In this document: in pieces, positions 26,328 to 39,388 of the stretch | Position numbering within the stretch: the first letter of the stretch is position 1 | Layout: every line of letters starts with the position of its first letter | DNA from: Octopus sinensis | Taxonomy: Eukaryota | Assembly (NCBI RefSeq): GCF_006345805.1 | Contig: NC_042997.1 | Location: 86,676,001 to 86,740,000, forward strand | Direction: 5' to 3' | Length of the DNA: 64,000 nt | The notes under the pieces: generated by a model | What the model was told of the DNA's origin: nothing | The model's input: only the letters and a program-made list of their open reading frames with translations | The model's database searches: none | Translations under genes and position numbers: made by a program

Positions 26328-26711
26328 GAACTTTTTGATAATTGAGTAGATTATCAAAAATGTGCTTCATATTTTTTTAAAATCCCGATAAATAATTTAC
26401 TGTCTGAAAGAAACATAGAAGTATGTAAAAGAAAATGTTAATAAAAAAAATTCTAAGTTAAGAATTATGTCAGTGATGAAATCTAATAAGAGATTCAAAT
26501 AAAAACAACACCCATTTGTACAAATGACAGAGAATAATTTACTATAAACAAACTAGATATCATAACAAAATATTTCATAAGCTTGTGGAGCCTGTGAAAT
26601 TTAATTCCGGACTTTCTAACGTCTAAACCTCATAACAGACTGTTTAAAAATGACACTCCTTTGTGTTTATTAGTGAATTTAACACAAAACTACACCTATA
26701 TGGATAAGTAC

Positions 26712-26950
26712 CTGTCGAAACGTGACCGTTGCCATAAACTGAACTGACACCCCAGCGACGCCAAAAATTGTATAAAAATGTTTTTACTTTAATACCGATA
26801 TTCACTCGATACCTGTTTGAACGTAAATCTCAAAAACATAATTCTTTTATAGTGGTAAGGCTAAATGGAATTGTTATTTCACTTCTCATATTGTAACAAT
26901 TTCCTCCATATAAATAACTTCATCATATTTACATTAACATCTCCGCCATC
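26712..26950 (-). other. Candidate first exon of a second minus-strand transcript (short ORF MATVTFRQ at 26735-26712)
   Basis: CpG-rich unique sequence with a YY1-like CCGCCATC at ~26943. ATGGCAACGGTCACGTTTCGACAG is followed by donor CAG|GTACTT. It lies just upstream of the switch to CpG-depleted DNA. Confidence 0.4.
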
Positions 26951-29900
26951 TCAGAGTAATGAAATTGCGGGAAAAAATGTTGCTGCAAAAGTATAGATGG
27001 AGTATCGAAATTTAATGGGATACATAAAAATACTAAGTACCATTCCTATATTATGTACACATGAATACTTTCACTTCTCACTTCCATACGGGAATAGGTT
27101 GGGCACCTACACTCTCTTTTCTAATTCAGATGAGATTTCGCAACTGGAAACAAAATTGAGCAACTTATTAGTAATAAGCTGGTTATTTATATTTTCTCAT
27201 GAATGGCTAGTGTATCTTAATGCGATTGAGTTACAAATTAAGTGTGTGTGTGTAAGTAAGCAAAAAGTTTCGAGGAGTGACTGATCACTGTATTGAGTCA
27301 GCGTCACGAGGTTTAGTATGAAAACAGCATTCAGTTATGTGGAAAATGTTAACAACAGGCTAATTAGTTAGGAACAATATTTAACTTTAAAGATCACTGC
27401 ATTCGAATAACAAGGGATAAAAGAAAAATTTCCTCGAAGAACTAAACGATCATTTAAAACGAGCCGTACATTTGTCTATTTTATACTCATCATATTTCTA
27501 TCTACGTGAACTACATTAGTTAATTTTAGGTCATTGGAAACTTAATCTATATCAAAGGAGGGAACCATTATGTGGTCGTTCGACCCGCTGGAAATAGCAC
27601 CAGTCTCTCTCAAATCAAACCATATAGTCTTAAGAAACGGAGACACATTGGACAATGTAATAGTAAAAGACATGATAGGCATAAGATATCACGTCTTCGA
27701 TCACGATCAGGGTTGCCCTGGGGCTAAACAACAGCAGTAGATATTAATAATTAGGATTAAGAACTGAAAGGAGATGGTAAATGCTAGAAAATATTCCGTC
27801 TAAAGATATTAGCTTCTGAGCGAAGTGAGCTGTCGGAGTATATAGTAACATGAACTTTCTAAGAAGGCTAATTTTATTCTTGTCTCGTTTGAATAAAATG
27901 TCAAATGTTTGTATCACAGAAATATGCTTAAGTACATCACATTAAGATATTCTTTTCATTGACATAACTTTTGAAAAATATAAAATAAAATTGTACAGTG
28001 TTTTTCTAAAACAACAAAAAATAAACTTCGACCAATTCACAGCATAATGGTTAAAAAAAGCGGCCATTAGAGTTTGAAATTGACTGGGGTGGGGGAAAAT
28101 CAAAAAAGTTGAAATCTTATATAGCTACAAGTAAAATTAATTTAAAGAATATTAAACGTGTCACCATTATTTACGGGATGATTCTAATTTTGAAGCTAAG
28201 AATATAGTATTACTGGTATATTAATAAATTTCGGAGTCGTATTTATTAGGCTGGGGTTTGATCAGAGAATATTGTAACAGTTTTTAGTAGCATTAAACTT
28301 TAAAAAAGTGAACTTGCTTAAATAACTATGACTCTACATATTAATATTAAAAAGAGAGGAACGTTTCAACAGATAGTTCGTAGTAATTTTATTTAAACAT
28401 CCCGTAGAAGCTACACATCTAACAGGTAGGCTTTTCGCTTGATGAACAAATCGACCGCCATGTAATTTACCTATGTCACGTAATTGAGAAAAGACTTTAT
28501 CGAACTTTATGAAGGAAAAGACAAATTTGGGTTACCAACTCTAATTAGAAAACAAAGTAAAGTTTTATATGTAGGATAACAAAGCAGAAAAGTAACTATT
28601 TTAAACATTTGTAAACAGTGGTTTATAAAACAAACAATGTACATATATGAAAATCTATCCCATCCAATAACATCTGTCAATTATCAAGACAAACACACTG
28701 TTCATATTTATGCCCTTGAAATAAAGAATGAGTCTCTTAAATTAAAATTTCCCCTCTATATAAATCTACACGAATCAAAATCTCGACGAATTATATTTTT
28801 TTCAGATACGCGAATAGTAAATGAGATTATAATAAAGTGGCACTTGTTTTGCATTGAAAACTTTCTGGCAAAGAAAACATTCATGATAGAAAAGTTTTGT
28901 CTATTCTCTCCGGAGTGTAAACTGCTTCATTACATTGTTTTCACAAGTAGAACGACATCGAATTTATACAGAGGTAAAATATAAGTGTACAAACTATCAC
29001 GCCTCATTGAGCATTAGGTATGTAAGATTAAAAAAACAAAAATCAAGACTAGTTAGATTTCTGAGTTTAGCAGTAGGTTAACCGCGATCAAAAAGGTGCA
29101 TTAACGAAAACATTTCAGCCGTGACCATCTCATTTTTTTAGTACAAACAGATCTATTGTTTCTTCTTTTTTTTTTTTAATCAAGTGAGAATTAAACTGAC
29201 TGCTTTCCAGGATATATTTAGTTTCCACTGCACGGCACTCAATTCGTAAATAACATCGTTCGTAACTAAAGAGAGCTCTCCTGTAATAAATTTCTTTAGT
29301 AAAGAGCTGGAAGAGATTAATTTCAGCTAAAGCTAATCTCTTTCTAATTGAATGTACTGTTAGTTACTAAGAACATTATATCACACGTCAGTTTACTATG
29401 GTGACACTTCTGGACGTGTTCAGGAAGATATGGAAAATGTTAGCATGATATCAGTAGCGATTTTCTTTTAGACAAAAACAAATTTATAAATATATTTGCC
29501 TTCTGGTAATTTCTTTTAGTGATATTAAAAATTGGGAAAACCTCCAAATAGTCCTGCGGCTACTATAATTCCGATTATAATAATTGTTATATATATACAC
29601 ACAGACATACAGGCAGAATGCTTTCTGTTTACTTGTATTAAAATTTGTGTAAAATTACCAAACTAAGAACAGCAAGACAATTTCATGGGAGCGTGGTATT
29701 TTTAATACGACAAAAAAAGAAAAGAAAAAAGTTTGAAAAAGTGAGGTTGATGATGATAGTGGTGGAAGACATCACGGAAAGAGGAGTGAGAATGAATCAT
29801 GGATTTTGTGACCAGATCACATAGTATGATGCTTTTGCATCAAGGAAAACAGCTTAATTTTAGAAAAAAGAAAAAGGAAAATAAATTATTGATTAACGAC

Positions 29901-30493
29901 TAAGGATTGTTTACATGTTCTGTTCTAAGCTAAAAGTTTAGAGAAAAATGGAATTGCGTTTTCGATATTTTACAAAGAGAAAGTAACTACTAAAATGCCA
30001 ATCACCTGTGATCAGCATAAACTTATTTGTTTGTACACACACATCTATCTATCTATATATATATATATATATATATAATACTTAACGAGTGTATACACCG
30101 TTGACAAGAATTAATGCATTAAATATGTTACATAAATTACTATTTCAATTTAATACTATTATGATTGCGTATAGCGGATAACTAAAACATGGCGGTGCTC
30201 CAGCATGGCCACAGCCTTAGGGCTGAAACATATAAAAGAATATGCTAGGGAAAAAAAGTATTAGGAAAATTCAGGAAATTAATTTCATTAACTTCCATTT
30301 ATTAAGGAAAATAATTTTGATAATAGGATAAATGTAACGCAGCGAGTCCAGTTCAGTTTTTATTTCAGTTTGAAGTCGTAGTTTCAAATACCCCAGACAG
30401 ATAATTCCCCTGTGAAAAACATGAACAACACAATATCCATTTTCTGTGTCATTAGATCTGATATTCTGTGACAAATCAAAAGAAAACATTACG

Positions 30494-30529
<36 letters not shown>

Positions 30530-30553
30530 AACGAAACATAGGTGTAAAATTAC

Positions 30554-30737
30554 CTCGTTTATTCGAACATTTTTGTTCTTTGGCTATTTTTAACTCTCCT
30601 GTAATTTTCGATTCCAAGTGTTCCGATTTCTTGATTAGCATTGTTTCAATACTTTGCAACTTCTGTATAGCCTTCTGTGGTGTTAATGCTGGTTCCTGCT
30701 CTTTCGAGAACCCAAACAGTTTAGTAATAGAATGCAT
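30554..30737 (-). CDS. CHMP4: First coding exon of a CHMP4/Snf7-family ESCRT-III gene (divergent paralog)
   Basis: The translation MHSITKLFGFSKEQEPALTPQKAIQKLQSIETMLIKKSEHLESKITGELKIAKEQKCSNKR matches the CHMP4/Shrub N-terminus (KLFG..TPQEAIQ.LR.TEEML.KK...LE.KI..EL..AK....NKR). A phase-1 donor (CGAG|GTAATT) follows NKR directly, which I recall as the intron position in vertebrate CHMP4B. No downstream exons were recognised in the window. Confidence 0.85.
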
Positions 30738-31089
30738 CGTGAATAATTAAGAACAGAAAAACAACAACGGAGGGAAAAGACACTTCAGATTGTTCAAAAA
30801 TAATGATCGGTAGTTCTTGTAATTTTTCTTGTTCTGTTGTTTTTTACCGTCCTTGTTTTAAAATAAATACTGTGAATAAATTATATTTGGGAACGGGACG
30901 TATTAGGATTGAAATTATACCATATATAACTTCTTAGAGATATATGGCCAGCTCTAGACAAAGCAGACACAAAGGCGCTGGCAGTGCCTTGGTGTACGCG
31001 AAGAATTCTTTGTTGCCGTTTGGTTAAGGAGTTAAATTTGTAGAGTATTCAGTGTATATATATAAAAGTGTGTATCGGTAAGATGTAAA

Positions 31090-31215
31090 ACACTACAGTA
31101 TGCGTTCTTTGCGCTGCTGTGTTCGTAATCCACAAGTCTCTAAGTGGCCCTCTGCCGTACACCGCCCCTCGAAAGCGCATGTAAAGCACATTTTCATTGG
31201 TCGAAAAAACAATAC
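31090..31215 (-). promoter_or_regulatory. Candidate CHMP4 promoter
   Basis: CpG-rich non-repeat stretch ~400 bp upstream of the ATG. It has a GC box (ccgcccc), a GCGCATG NRF1-like half site and a CCAAT box (attgg at ~31196). Confidence 0.35.
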
Positions 31216-31309
31216 CGCTTCTAAGGGAAATAACTCTCTATATTCATTTATTCGAGAGTTTGTTGTATTCTTTTTCAAATAATTCCTTTTGGCATTTATA
31301 CGTCTCTCT

Positions 31310-32062
31310 TTTATCTTTTACTTATTTCCGTCATTCAACTGCTAAGGCCACTCCTGGGAAGGGTCTTTTCGAACAAATCTACTCGAGAACTTATTTTTTT
31401 CTAAGCCTGATACTTATCCAGTCGGCCTCTTTTTGCCGAATCGCGAAGTTACAGGGACGTAAACAAACCAAGCGGTGGGGTGTGTGTGTGTGGAGGGGGG
31501 GTGGAGACAAACGCGCGCGCGCACTCACACAATGTATGTTTGTATATATATATATATATAGATATGTGTGTGCGTGGCTTAGTGGTTAGGGTATCAGCAT
31601 CATGATCGTAATTAAAAAAAATACTAGCAAAAATCTCGAGGCAAATAAAGTAATTTGTATTCACCTTCCGATAAGAAAGGTGTGTACGTGTGGTTGCGAG
31701 ATATAACGTCATTGCAACCCTTTCATAAAGCAACATATTTGTGGAAAAATCGAAATCGGCAATGTTTGTCGAATTCCAAATAGTTTTTGACTTTTTGTAT
31801 CAAGTCCCACTAACTTGTTCTATACTATTGGTACTGAAGTAGAAACTTAGTTGATTTCTTTTATTCTTTCACTTGTTTCAGTTATTAGACTGCAACCATG
31901 CTGGAGCACCACCTTGAAGAGTTTTAGTCGAACAAATCGCCCCCAGGACTAATTTTTTAAGCCTAGTACTTATTCTATCGGTCTATTTTGCCGAACCGCT
32001 AGCTTGCGGGGACGTAAACACATAAACACCAGTTGTCAAACAGTGACGAGGGTACAAACGCA

Positions 32063-32110
<48 letters not shown>

Positions 32111-32240
32111 ACACACACACACATACACACACACACACAGATATATACATATATATATGTATATTCGACCGGCTTCTTTCAGTTTCCATTTACCAAATCC
32201 ACTCAGAAGGCTTTGGTCGGCCCAGGGCTATAGTAGAATA
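31310..32240 (-). mobile_element. Two family C SINE copies (~31310-31540 and ~31857-32240)
   Basis: Both contain aagcct(a)gtacttat..tcggtct..tttgccgaa..cgtaaaca, with internal (CA)n. Confidence 0.65.
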
Positions 32241-33599
32241 AATACTATTTTTGAAATTTGTTTTATAAAAACTCCTCATAATCTGACCAACCTTGGTTCT
32301 ACCCATGGGATTATACATTATTCTTGTCATTCTGTAGATTCTGCTATCGGTATGTAACGGAAAAGTTTTTATTAAAGTATTTGTAACGATAAAGTTTTTA
32401 GTTGAAGTCGTGGGTCACCAATTGTAACGACAGAAATTGCTTTGTAAACATTAATATGATATGTCCGGATAAGCAGTTGTGAAGATAAAATTTGTTATTA
32501 TAATTGCATGTTGTTGGATGTGATAGATGGAACAATGCATGAAGTTTTAAGGTAATGTTTATTTAACGTTACGTTACAATACCTTGCCTCGACGAGCAGG
32601 TTTTGATAAATCCAAAAGCATGCGAAGTAAAGTTTGAGTTTGTATGCTCTTCATTGTTTAGTAGTAATTGCTGAGACAGATAGAATGATGTTGTAAGGGA
32701 CTGAATTAGAGCTAGAGAGAATTGTAGGGTGTTGTCTCACAGTTGCTTTTTCCCTCTAACCAAGGTTGGTCAGCCAGACCTCGTTGAGACGTCACGACTG
32801 TGACGAACTGATTTTTGCTTGGGATGTGTTTGCTTATATAAAGATCCAGAAGGATAGATATATCATTGAGAACAGTAGATTTAGTTGGTGGTCTTGTTAT
32901 CTATTCTAGCTTTTGGTGGAGTAGAAGAGGTTAGAAAGGATCAAGTAGTGAAGACATTATTTCGGCCTAGCTAAAGGCATCTGGAAGATGTAAAACTGCT
33001 GTCAGAGAAAAACGATTGTTCCATCGTGGGAAAAGTTCTGTATCAGTGTTAATTTAAATTTGGCTGTGGTGGATCGAATCCACTTCATGCATGCAAAATT
33101 CACTACAGGTATATGTAAAAACAATGACGAAGCTTTCTGAGCGTGCATACAGAGACATAATGAATATGTATCAGAGTCAATCAGCGATATGAAGACAAAA
33201 CTTATTATGTGATGTGTGATGAATGTTGTTAATTATATGCTTTTGAAAGGTATTTGCTAATTTCTAGTTTTGTCTGCTACTGTTTACTATAACGTGTTAA
33301 AAAAGAATTTCTTTTTGAAAAACAATTTTCCAACCCCAAACACCTATCACTATTTACACTACTTTCATTAAAGAAAATTAAACAGTACAGTGAATTAATG
33401 GTTTATAATTGAATATTCATTAACTTTCATTATTTATTTCGAGTATCTTACACTGGTAAATTCTCTGAAAAAATTTCTGCAGCCCTGACAAAGAAATGAA
33501 TTTTGGAAAGACATGCTTGACGAAGAGTAACCACGCCTGCACACTGTCCAGGAATTTCTATAAATAGCAGAGCCTTCGCGCATGTCTGTGCATTATTAG

Positions 33600-35900
33600 C
33601 TACATCTCTCGCTATTGTCAACAGATTAGCCACTTGACCAGTGGAATTCATCCATTCCAGAAAAGTTCCAATCTAGTTCAATCAAACTTGGGGCAAGGCA
33701 CAACGGTTAGATGATAATATGTAAGAGAGGTGATGTATGCATTCCTCACCCCTCTCCAAACTTTTAGGAATGTTTCGTTTCAGCCCATATTCGATTATAC
33801 TCGTCATCCTGCTCTTAATTTCGTTCCAGTCTCTATTGACTTAGTGGTAGAGACTACCAGAGCCCAAACAGTTTAACCGGTCCACGGTGCTGTCTAACAG
33901 CATGGAGCTGCCTTTCTGGATGCGGAGATGTATGCTCCTGAAGCTAACTTAGAGAACACTTCGAATGTCGTGGTGTCAGACATCATTATGATGACGTCGT
34001 CAGTATATACTGACACGACCTTCCTTTGTTTCTGTTAAAATAGGATGCTCCACAAGCACCCTAGTTTCTGCAGCTGCGAATCAAGAGATTAGGGGGGGGG
34101 GCATCTTTGGTGGACCAAGCGTTTGATTCAAAACAGTTCCGATAGATAGCCATTTAATCTGATCACAAACAGTTGCAGACTTTGAAAATGAAACCAAAAG
34201 AGAATGTACGAAGGACAACCATCAAGAAGTGTAGTTGATCCTATCAAGAGCTTTCCATTGATCCTAACTGATCAGTGCTCCATCGAAGTCAGGTTTGTTA
34301 CATGACCTCTTTACGATGTATTGCACGAAGAAGTAGTTGTAAAATGCACCGGCCTTTTCGCTAGCACTTTGGGTTAAAAATTTAAAACTCTGCATTTAGC
34401 AATTATAAACCAGAGATCGTCAATAACGTCCCCTTTGTTCGTGTTCTTCTACAGCAACGATACCGGTTCACAAAACTGGGAATCCTTCCATTCTATTGTC
34501 AGTCGCTGTAGACATCTGTCAAGATGCTTGCAAACAATTTGACATATAAGCATAAAACTCGTACAGCTAACTGATTAAACTAGACAACTTTACCTCCCGT
34601 ACAACTTGCTGTTAGCCAAGAGACGTGGTAGTCACTCAGGGCCACAACTATTTCTGATCCATTAATGTCGCCATTAACCCCTAACAATTAAGCAAAGTGC
34701 TGCTGGAAGACTGCACACATTTGTTTGGAATCGAAAAATAATTATCTGTCACGGTTGATGAAAGACAAGGCTGTAGCTTTGTTGCTAGGTTTCATCTCTG
34801 ACAACCTATCTTTAGTTCCATCGTGAAAAAGAGCGCGCGCTTTAGTCCTGATAATGTATTTCGCGTTGAAGAAATGATCGAGAGCCATTCTTATTTCCAG
34901 CATATCAGTTGCGATACCTTTCCTAATCTTTCCTAATTTACTCAGTAGTTCTCTTTCCAATCTGTTTCTATTGTCTCTCTTTGATAAATGCTATCGATTC
35001 TACCTTGATTGTCTGATTGATTATCTTTTCCGTTAACTTCCACCTTCCTAATTCCCTAATCCGGACACTGTAAACTTTCTACGCCATGCCATTTTCGTCT
35101 CTCACTAGGGTTAAAGAGCAGGACTTACCCAATAAAGAAATATAAAGCAATCCGACCGCTTTTACTCTCAATCACTTACGTGAAAACACTGCCTTTATTT
35201 ACTATCCAGCACCGCTAACTTAACTTCTGGGTCCTAGAATGCCGTCTGTATCTTGAGCTTCGAGCCCTTATGAAATAACAGGGTCATCCTTTCCCCTGAT
35301 CTTGGCAGACCAGATAATACATACACCTCATAGTCGTCGAAGATAGGCGCGGTGCAGGTCCTGGAAATTTTCGTCTATTAGAATGAAAAGATCTGTGATC
35401 GTTGAGTAAATGAATTTGTTTCCATGTCAACCACCGTTCATGTGCGGTGAATTGAAAAAGGAAGAGATCACTCACATTGAACTAGTAGTAGAACAGGTAG
35501 GTAATCTGGTTTTTCCCAATAGCGGAAGTTGGTGGGGGTGTTTCATGAGAGGCTTTTCTAACTTATTTTTTAAACTTATTTTTGGTGTCTTACGAAACAT
35601 TCATACGTCATAAGATGACGTGTTCATATGTCATAAGAGAATAATGCTGTGTAGGCGTGTGAGTTACCTTGTTGTTGTACTTTGTACAGGATTTCATCAA
35701 AACCGTCTCCTTTGGTGTGTTTTTGTTGTTTATGATCTCCTAATCACGGTTGTTCTTTCGTACGGCAAGGAAGCTGATGATGGGGTAGGGTTTTATGAGT
35801 TTTGTTGTAGTCCCTGTGTTTATTTTCGTTTTTTTATTGTTGTGGTTGTAGGTGGTTGATCGAAGGCTTTTCTGCTGTACCGTGGATGATCCCGGCTTTT
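33600..35900 (-). mobile_element. Heavily decayed L1/Tx1-like LINE ORF2
   Basis: Minus-strand VSVYTDDV (~33992-34015, YADD box) and DQWKALDRI (~34237-34262, D.KAFDR motif). The upstream segment IIRTKARAL resembles the L1 linker. Many frameshifts. Confidence 0.5.
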
Positions 35901-36371
35901 AAGCTTAAGGCGTTTTTTATTCGTCAACCCAATAACAATTTCTTGTAATGAGCTCGTCTCGACCTCGCTACGCAAGGTCTCTGTATCGGAGAGACCTGCA
36001 CCTGAAGGAAGTCGTGTCTATGTAAGCGCATGCGAGTATTTGTTTTTGTCTTGGGAGGGAATCTGTTGATTGTGTTAGTGATTCCAGAAGGGTACTTCGG
36101 GAATATGGTGTTGGTCTTACCTACTGAGGATTACCATATACCAGGTACCACTGCTAATACAAATATATCAAATGTTTTAAAATATCTGGTACACAAAACA
36201 AATACAAATGAGAACAACCAATCTATTCAGGATTAAAAGCCGCCACTAGATAGGATCATAACTCCGCCAGACCTCCTTTCACTCTGATTATAATGCGCCG
36301 AAATTGCCTCTCAGAAATTTTGGTTTCAACTGAGTCGTGTAGCCCCTTCGCCATTTGGAACGTAAAAGACA

Positions 36372-36672
36372 CCTTTCAGTCATGAATGACCATGGGACTG
36401 CACCTAGAAAGTCCCTCTCCGAGGCACAAGTCAGGGTAAGGTTGTTTATGGAAGACCAGAAGTCTCCTCGTGCATACTAGCCTCTCCTCTCTATGTCACT
36501 GATGTTATCCAAAGGAAAGGTAAAGGCTGATACAACTTGGTACCAGTAACGTCGCAACTTATTTCTACTGCTAAGTGACATGGAGCAATGTGAAATAAAG
36601 TGTCTTGCTCAAGCACACATCACACAGCCCAGTCCGGGAATCGAACTTACTACCTAATGATTGTGGGCCTGA
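36372..36672 (-). mobile_element. tRNA-derived SINE, family A
   Basis: Homologous over its full length to 662-943 (cctttcagtcatgaatgac...gcacctagaaag...gtttatggaagaccag...aatgtgaaataaagtgtcttgctcaag). B box GTTCGATTCC on the minus strand. Confidence 0.75.
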
Positions 36673-37316
36673 CGTAATCTCAGTTATTGAAAAACTGATG
36701 TGATCTTCATTAACTTGCCATCTAGAACCACCTGGTATTCATTCCCCGTTTCCTCTAAAATCAGCACAGTATATGATTAGTATATGATTTCATGGGCAGT
36801 ATTAAATTTAAATATGCTGGAGGTATTTTTCGAAGTTCCGTAAAGTTCAGGCACTCCATGGTGGTAGGTACCTCTTAATTAGGGACTTCTAGTTTCTTGC
36901 TTGCCCTCTGTCTTGGCTCAGTCTCTCTCTCTCACTCCCTCTCTCCCTCTCCCCCTCTCTCCCTTTCTCTCTCTTTTGCCACTCCTTTCGTTTCTTAGTA
37001 CTCCCCATCATTCTCTTCTGTTTGTCTCATCCTCGTTCTTAAAAGCCAAGCATACGCTTCCATACGACTTTTCTGGTCTATGGACAATGTTATTCCATAA
37101 ATTAGAGGAGGCCAGAACTTTCTAATACGTTACAACTGTTGCAAATGGTTATTTGTCAAAATGTGTAAAAAGAATTCAAAGAATGATATTTTCGCTGTGC
37201 GGGTGTATATGTGTCTGTGTATGTGCGTGCGCCTGTTTATATGTATATAGTCCTTGAAAAGCTCTGTTCATCTCAGCAAAACTGAGATTCTAGAAGCACA
37301 ATGCGCATATATATAT

Positions 37317-37352
<36 letters not shown>

Positions 37353-37429
37353 GTGTGTATGTATATATATATATGCACAATAAGACCCTTTTGTCCGATT
37401 TCCTTCTCAAGATATCCCTATCATCCATA

Positions 37430-38370
37430 ATCTAACTGAAGTATTCCACTTCCGTAATTAAATGTGAGCATATCTGCATACATCACCTGCTTTTTCTTGA
37501 TATCACTTAACTTTGTTACTACCAAGAAGCATTTCCCTTATTATCCATCTTTCATTCTTGATACTATCCTCTCCATCACTATCTTACATTGATCATCCTC
37601 AACCACACATCGTTATCTCTCTCATTCTCTTTCTCTCATCCTTCCCTTGTATAGTGTACTATTATTACTTTTCTTCTGTTCTTCACTACCCACTTCTTCT
37701 GTAGTCAATCATTTCTTACTCTCATCAGTTCCTCCCAATTCTTATAATCCTACTCCTTATCTGCCATTCACGCCATCCATCTCTCAGCTCTACTCAGTTT
37801 CAACAGTTGTCACTTACTCATCCTTATTTTTCTTAATTATTGTCTTTCAAAACCTATTCTCGATAATATTCACCCCTTACCCATTCTAGTCCTCTTTCAC
37901 TCCCCATACACTCTTGAACCCCAGCCCACACACGCTCTCTGTTCTCCAGTCTCCATTCTCTTCTACTCACCCATAATTTGAGGATCCATTCTTACACTGC
38001 ATCACTACTATTTTATCTCTTTTCAGCTACACCACAACCATTCCCACTCTCTCTTTTATAATGTGGGTAACCATAAAGCTCCTCTACAACAAAAACTTGT
38101 TCTCCTCAGGTCTCTTCTCTCATATCTTCTCTCACACTTTAACACTGATCTCCTAGCATTAAGCCTCTCATTCCTCTTTACTGTAACCCCACTCAGTTGA
38201 AGGGGATCTCAGTCTTGTAAACTATATGGTGACCGTACTAGTATTTGTGCTATGAAAAAGGCACCCTGTACATGGTGTAAAATGGTTGGTGTTAGGAAGA
38301 GCATCCAACCATGTGAGGCTGCCCAGTCCATGCCAGCATGGAACATGGCCACTAAAGGACTAAGATGACA
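37430..38370 (+). mobile_element. Old RTE 3' UTR with long pyrimidine-rich tract and tail
   Basis: C/T-rich tract, then ctcctctacaacaaaaacttgttc and tail ggttggtgttaggaagagcatccaacc..catgccagcatggaa. Confidence 0.55.
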
Positions 38371-38569
38371 CACACACATCTAATTTTTTCTGGACCAATG
38401 GGTATATGTCAGTTAGTGTGCTGCATGAAGCACGCTCACAGTTTGGGCTACCTGGTGTCATCCACACTTGGGATATATTTCTTTTGGATCTGATCTGTGT
38501 TGATGCTACACAATTAGCTGCACGATATACTTCCCATAACAGACAGTTTCAGGATGGGTCGTAATGATT

Positions 38570-39311
38570 GTCTATCTTCCATTTCCTTTACCAATTCACA
38601 CAACCCTCCTCCTCTCTCCTCTCTTCCTCTCACACTGACTTCCTTCCACCCACTTCTCCTCTCTTGTTTTGGCACCTGCTTCTTCTCTTCTCTACTACCC
38701 TAACCCTTCTCCCTTCCACCCTCTCCTTTCATCGTCACCCCACCTTCATTACCCCACCCCTACGCATTCCAACCCCACCATCCCTATACATCCCATCCAC
38801 CCCATCCCTTAGACCCCAGCTTGCTTCCACCACTCTCGCCTCCCACACACCCCAACATCCCCACACCACACCACACACCACCACATCACCACACTACAAC
38901 ACCATACACCACCATACCACACCACATCATACCACCACCCCGCACACACTAGCACTGACCACTTCCCAGCACCTACACCATCATCCACACATCTACACAT
39001 GCACACATGTACACGTCAATGTCACCAACACCCTTCCACACGCACATACACATGTACGCGCACCACTACTTTATTATCTCCCCTTCTTCCTAGCTCTCTT
39101 GTGTGACCCCTCTGTCCAGCATTCGCCATGATAGATCGACCGCCACTAAACCTTTTTCTATTTTCCCTCCCTGTTTCTTTCTGTGTTCCTTTCTGTCAAA
39201 GAGCGTAGGCCTGAAACGTAAAAGACATTCTCTCTTCCCGAGCGTTAAACTAATACATCTGTTTGTTGTTTACACACCCGTCTTCGTCTTTTGTTTTTTG
39301 TAAATTCTCAC

Positions 39312-39315
<4 letters not shown>
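38570..39315 (+). mobile_element. Penelope-type 3' repeat (C/A-rich tract plus degenerate hammerhead motif)
   Basis: Low-complexity CA/CT tract followed by ctttctgtcaaagagcgtaggcctgaaacgtaaaag. It resembles the reverse complement of 57900-58090. Confidence 0.5.
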
Positions 39316-39372
<57 letters not shown>

Positions 39373-39388
39373 TATATATGTATATATA

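Noticed and set aside
29180-29280. Minus-strand acceptor (ttattacAG) downstream of CHMP4 exon 1
   Set aside because: The in-frame continuation is unrelated to Snf7 and stops after ~33 codons. No support.
32353-32578. TGTAACG...CGTTACA as a solo LTR
   Set aside because: There is no target-site duplication, three alternative TGTAACG starts exist, and the boundaries cannot be fixed.
38568-39131. 187-aa His/Thr/Pro-rich ORF
   Set aside because: It is a translation of a low-complexity C/A-rich tract in a repeat.
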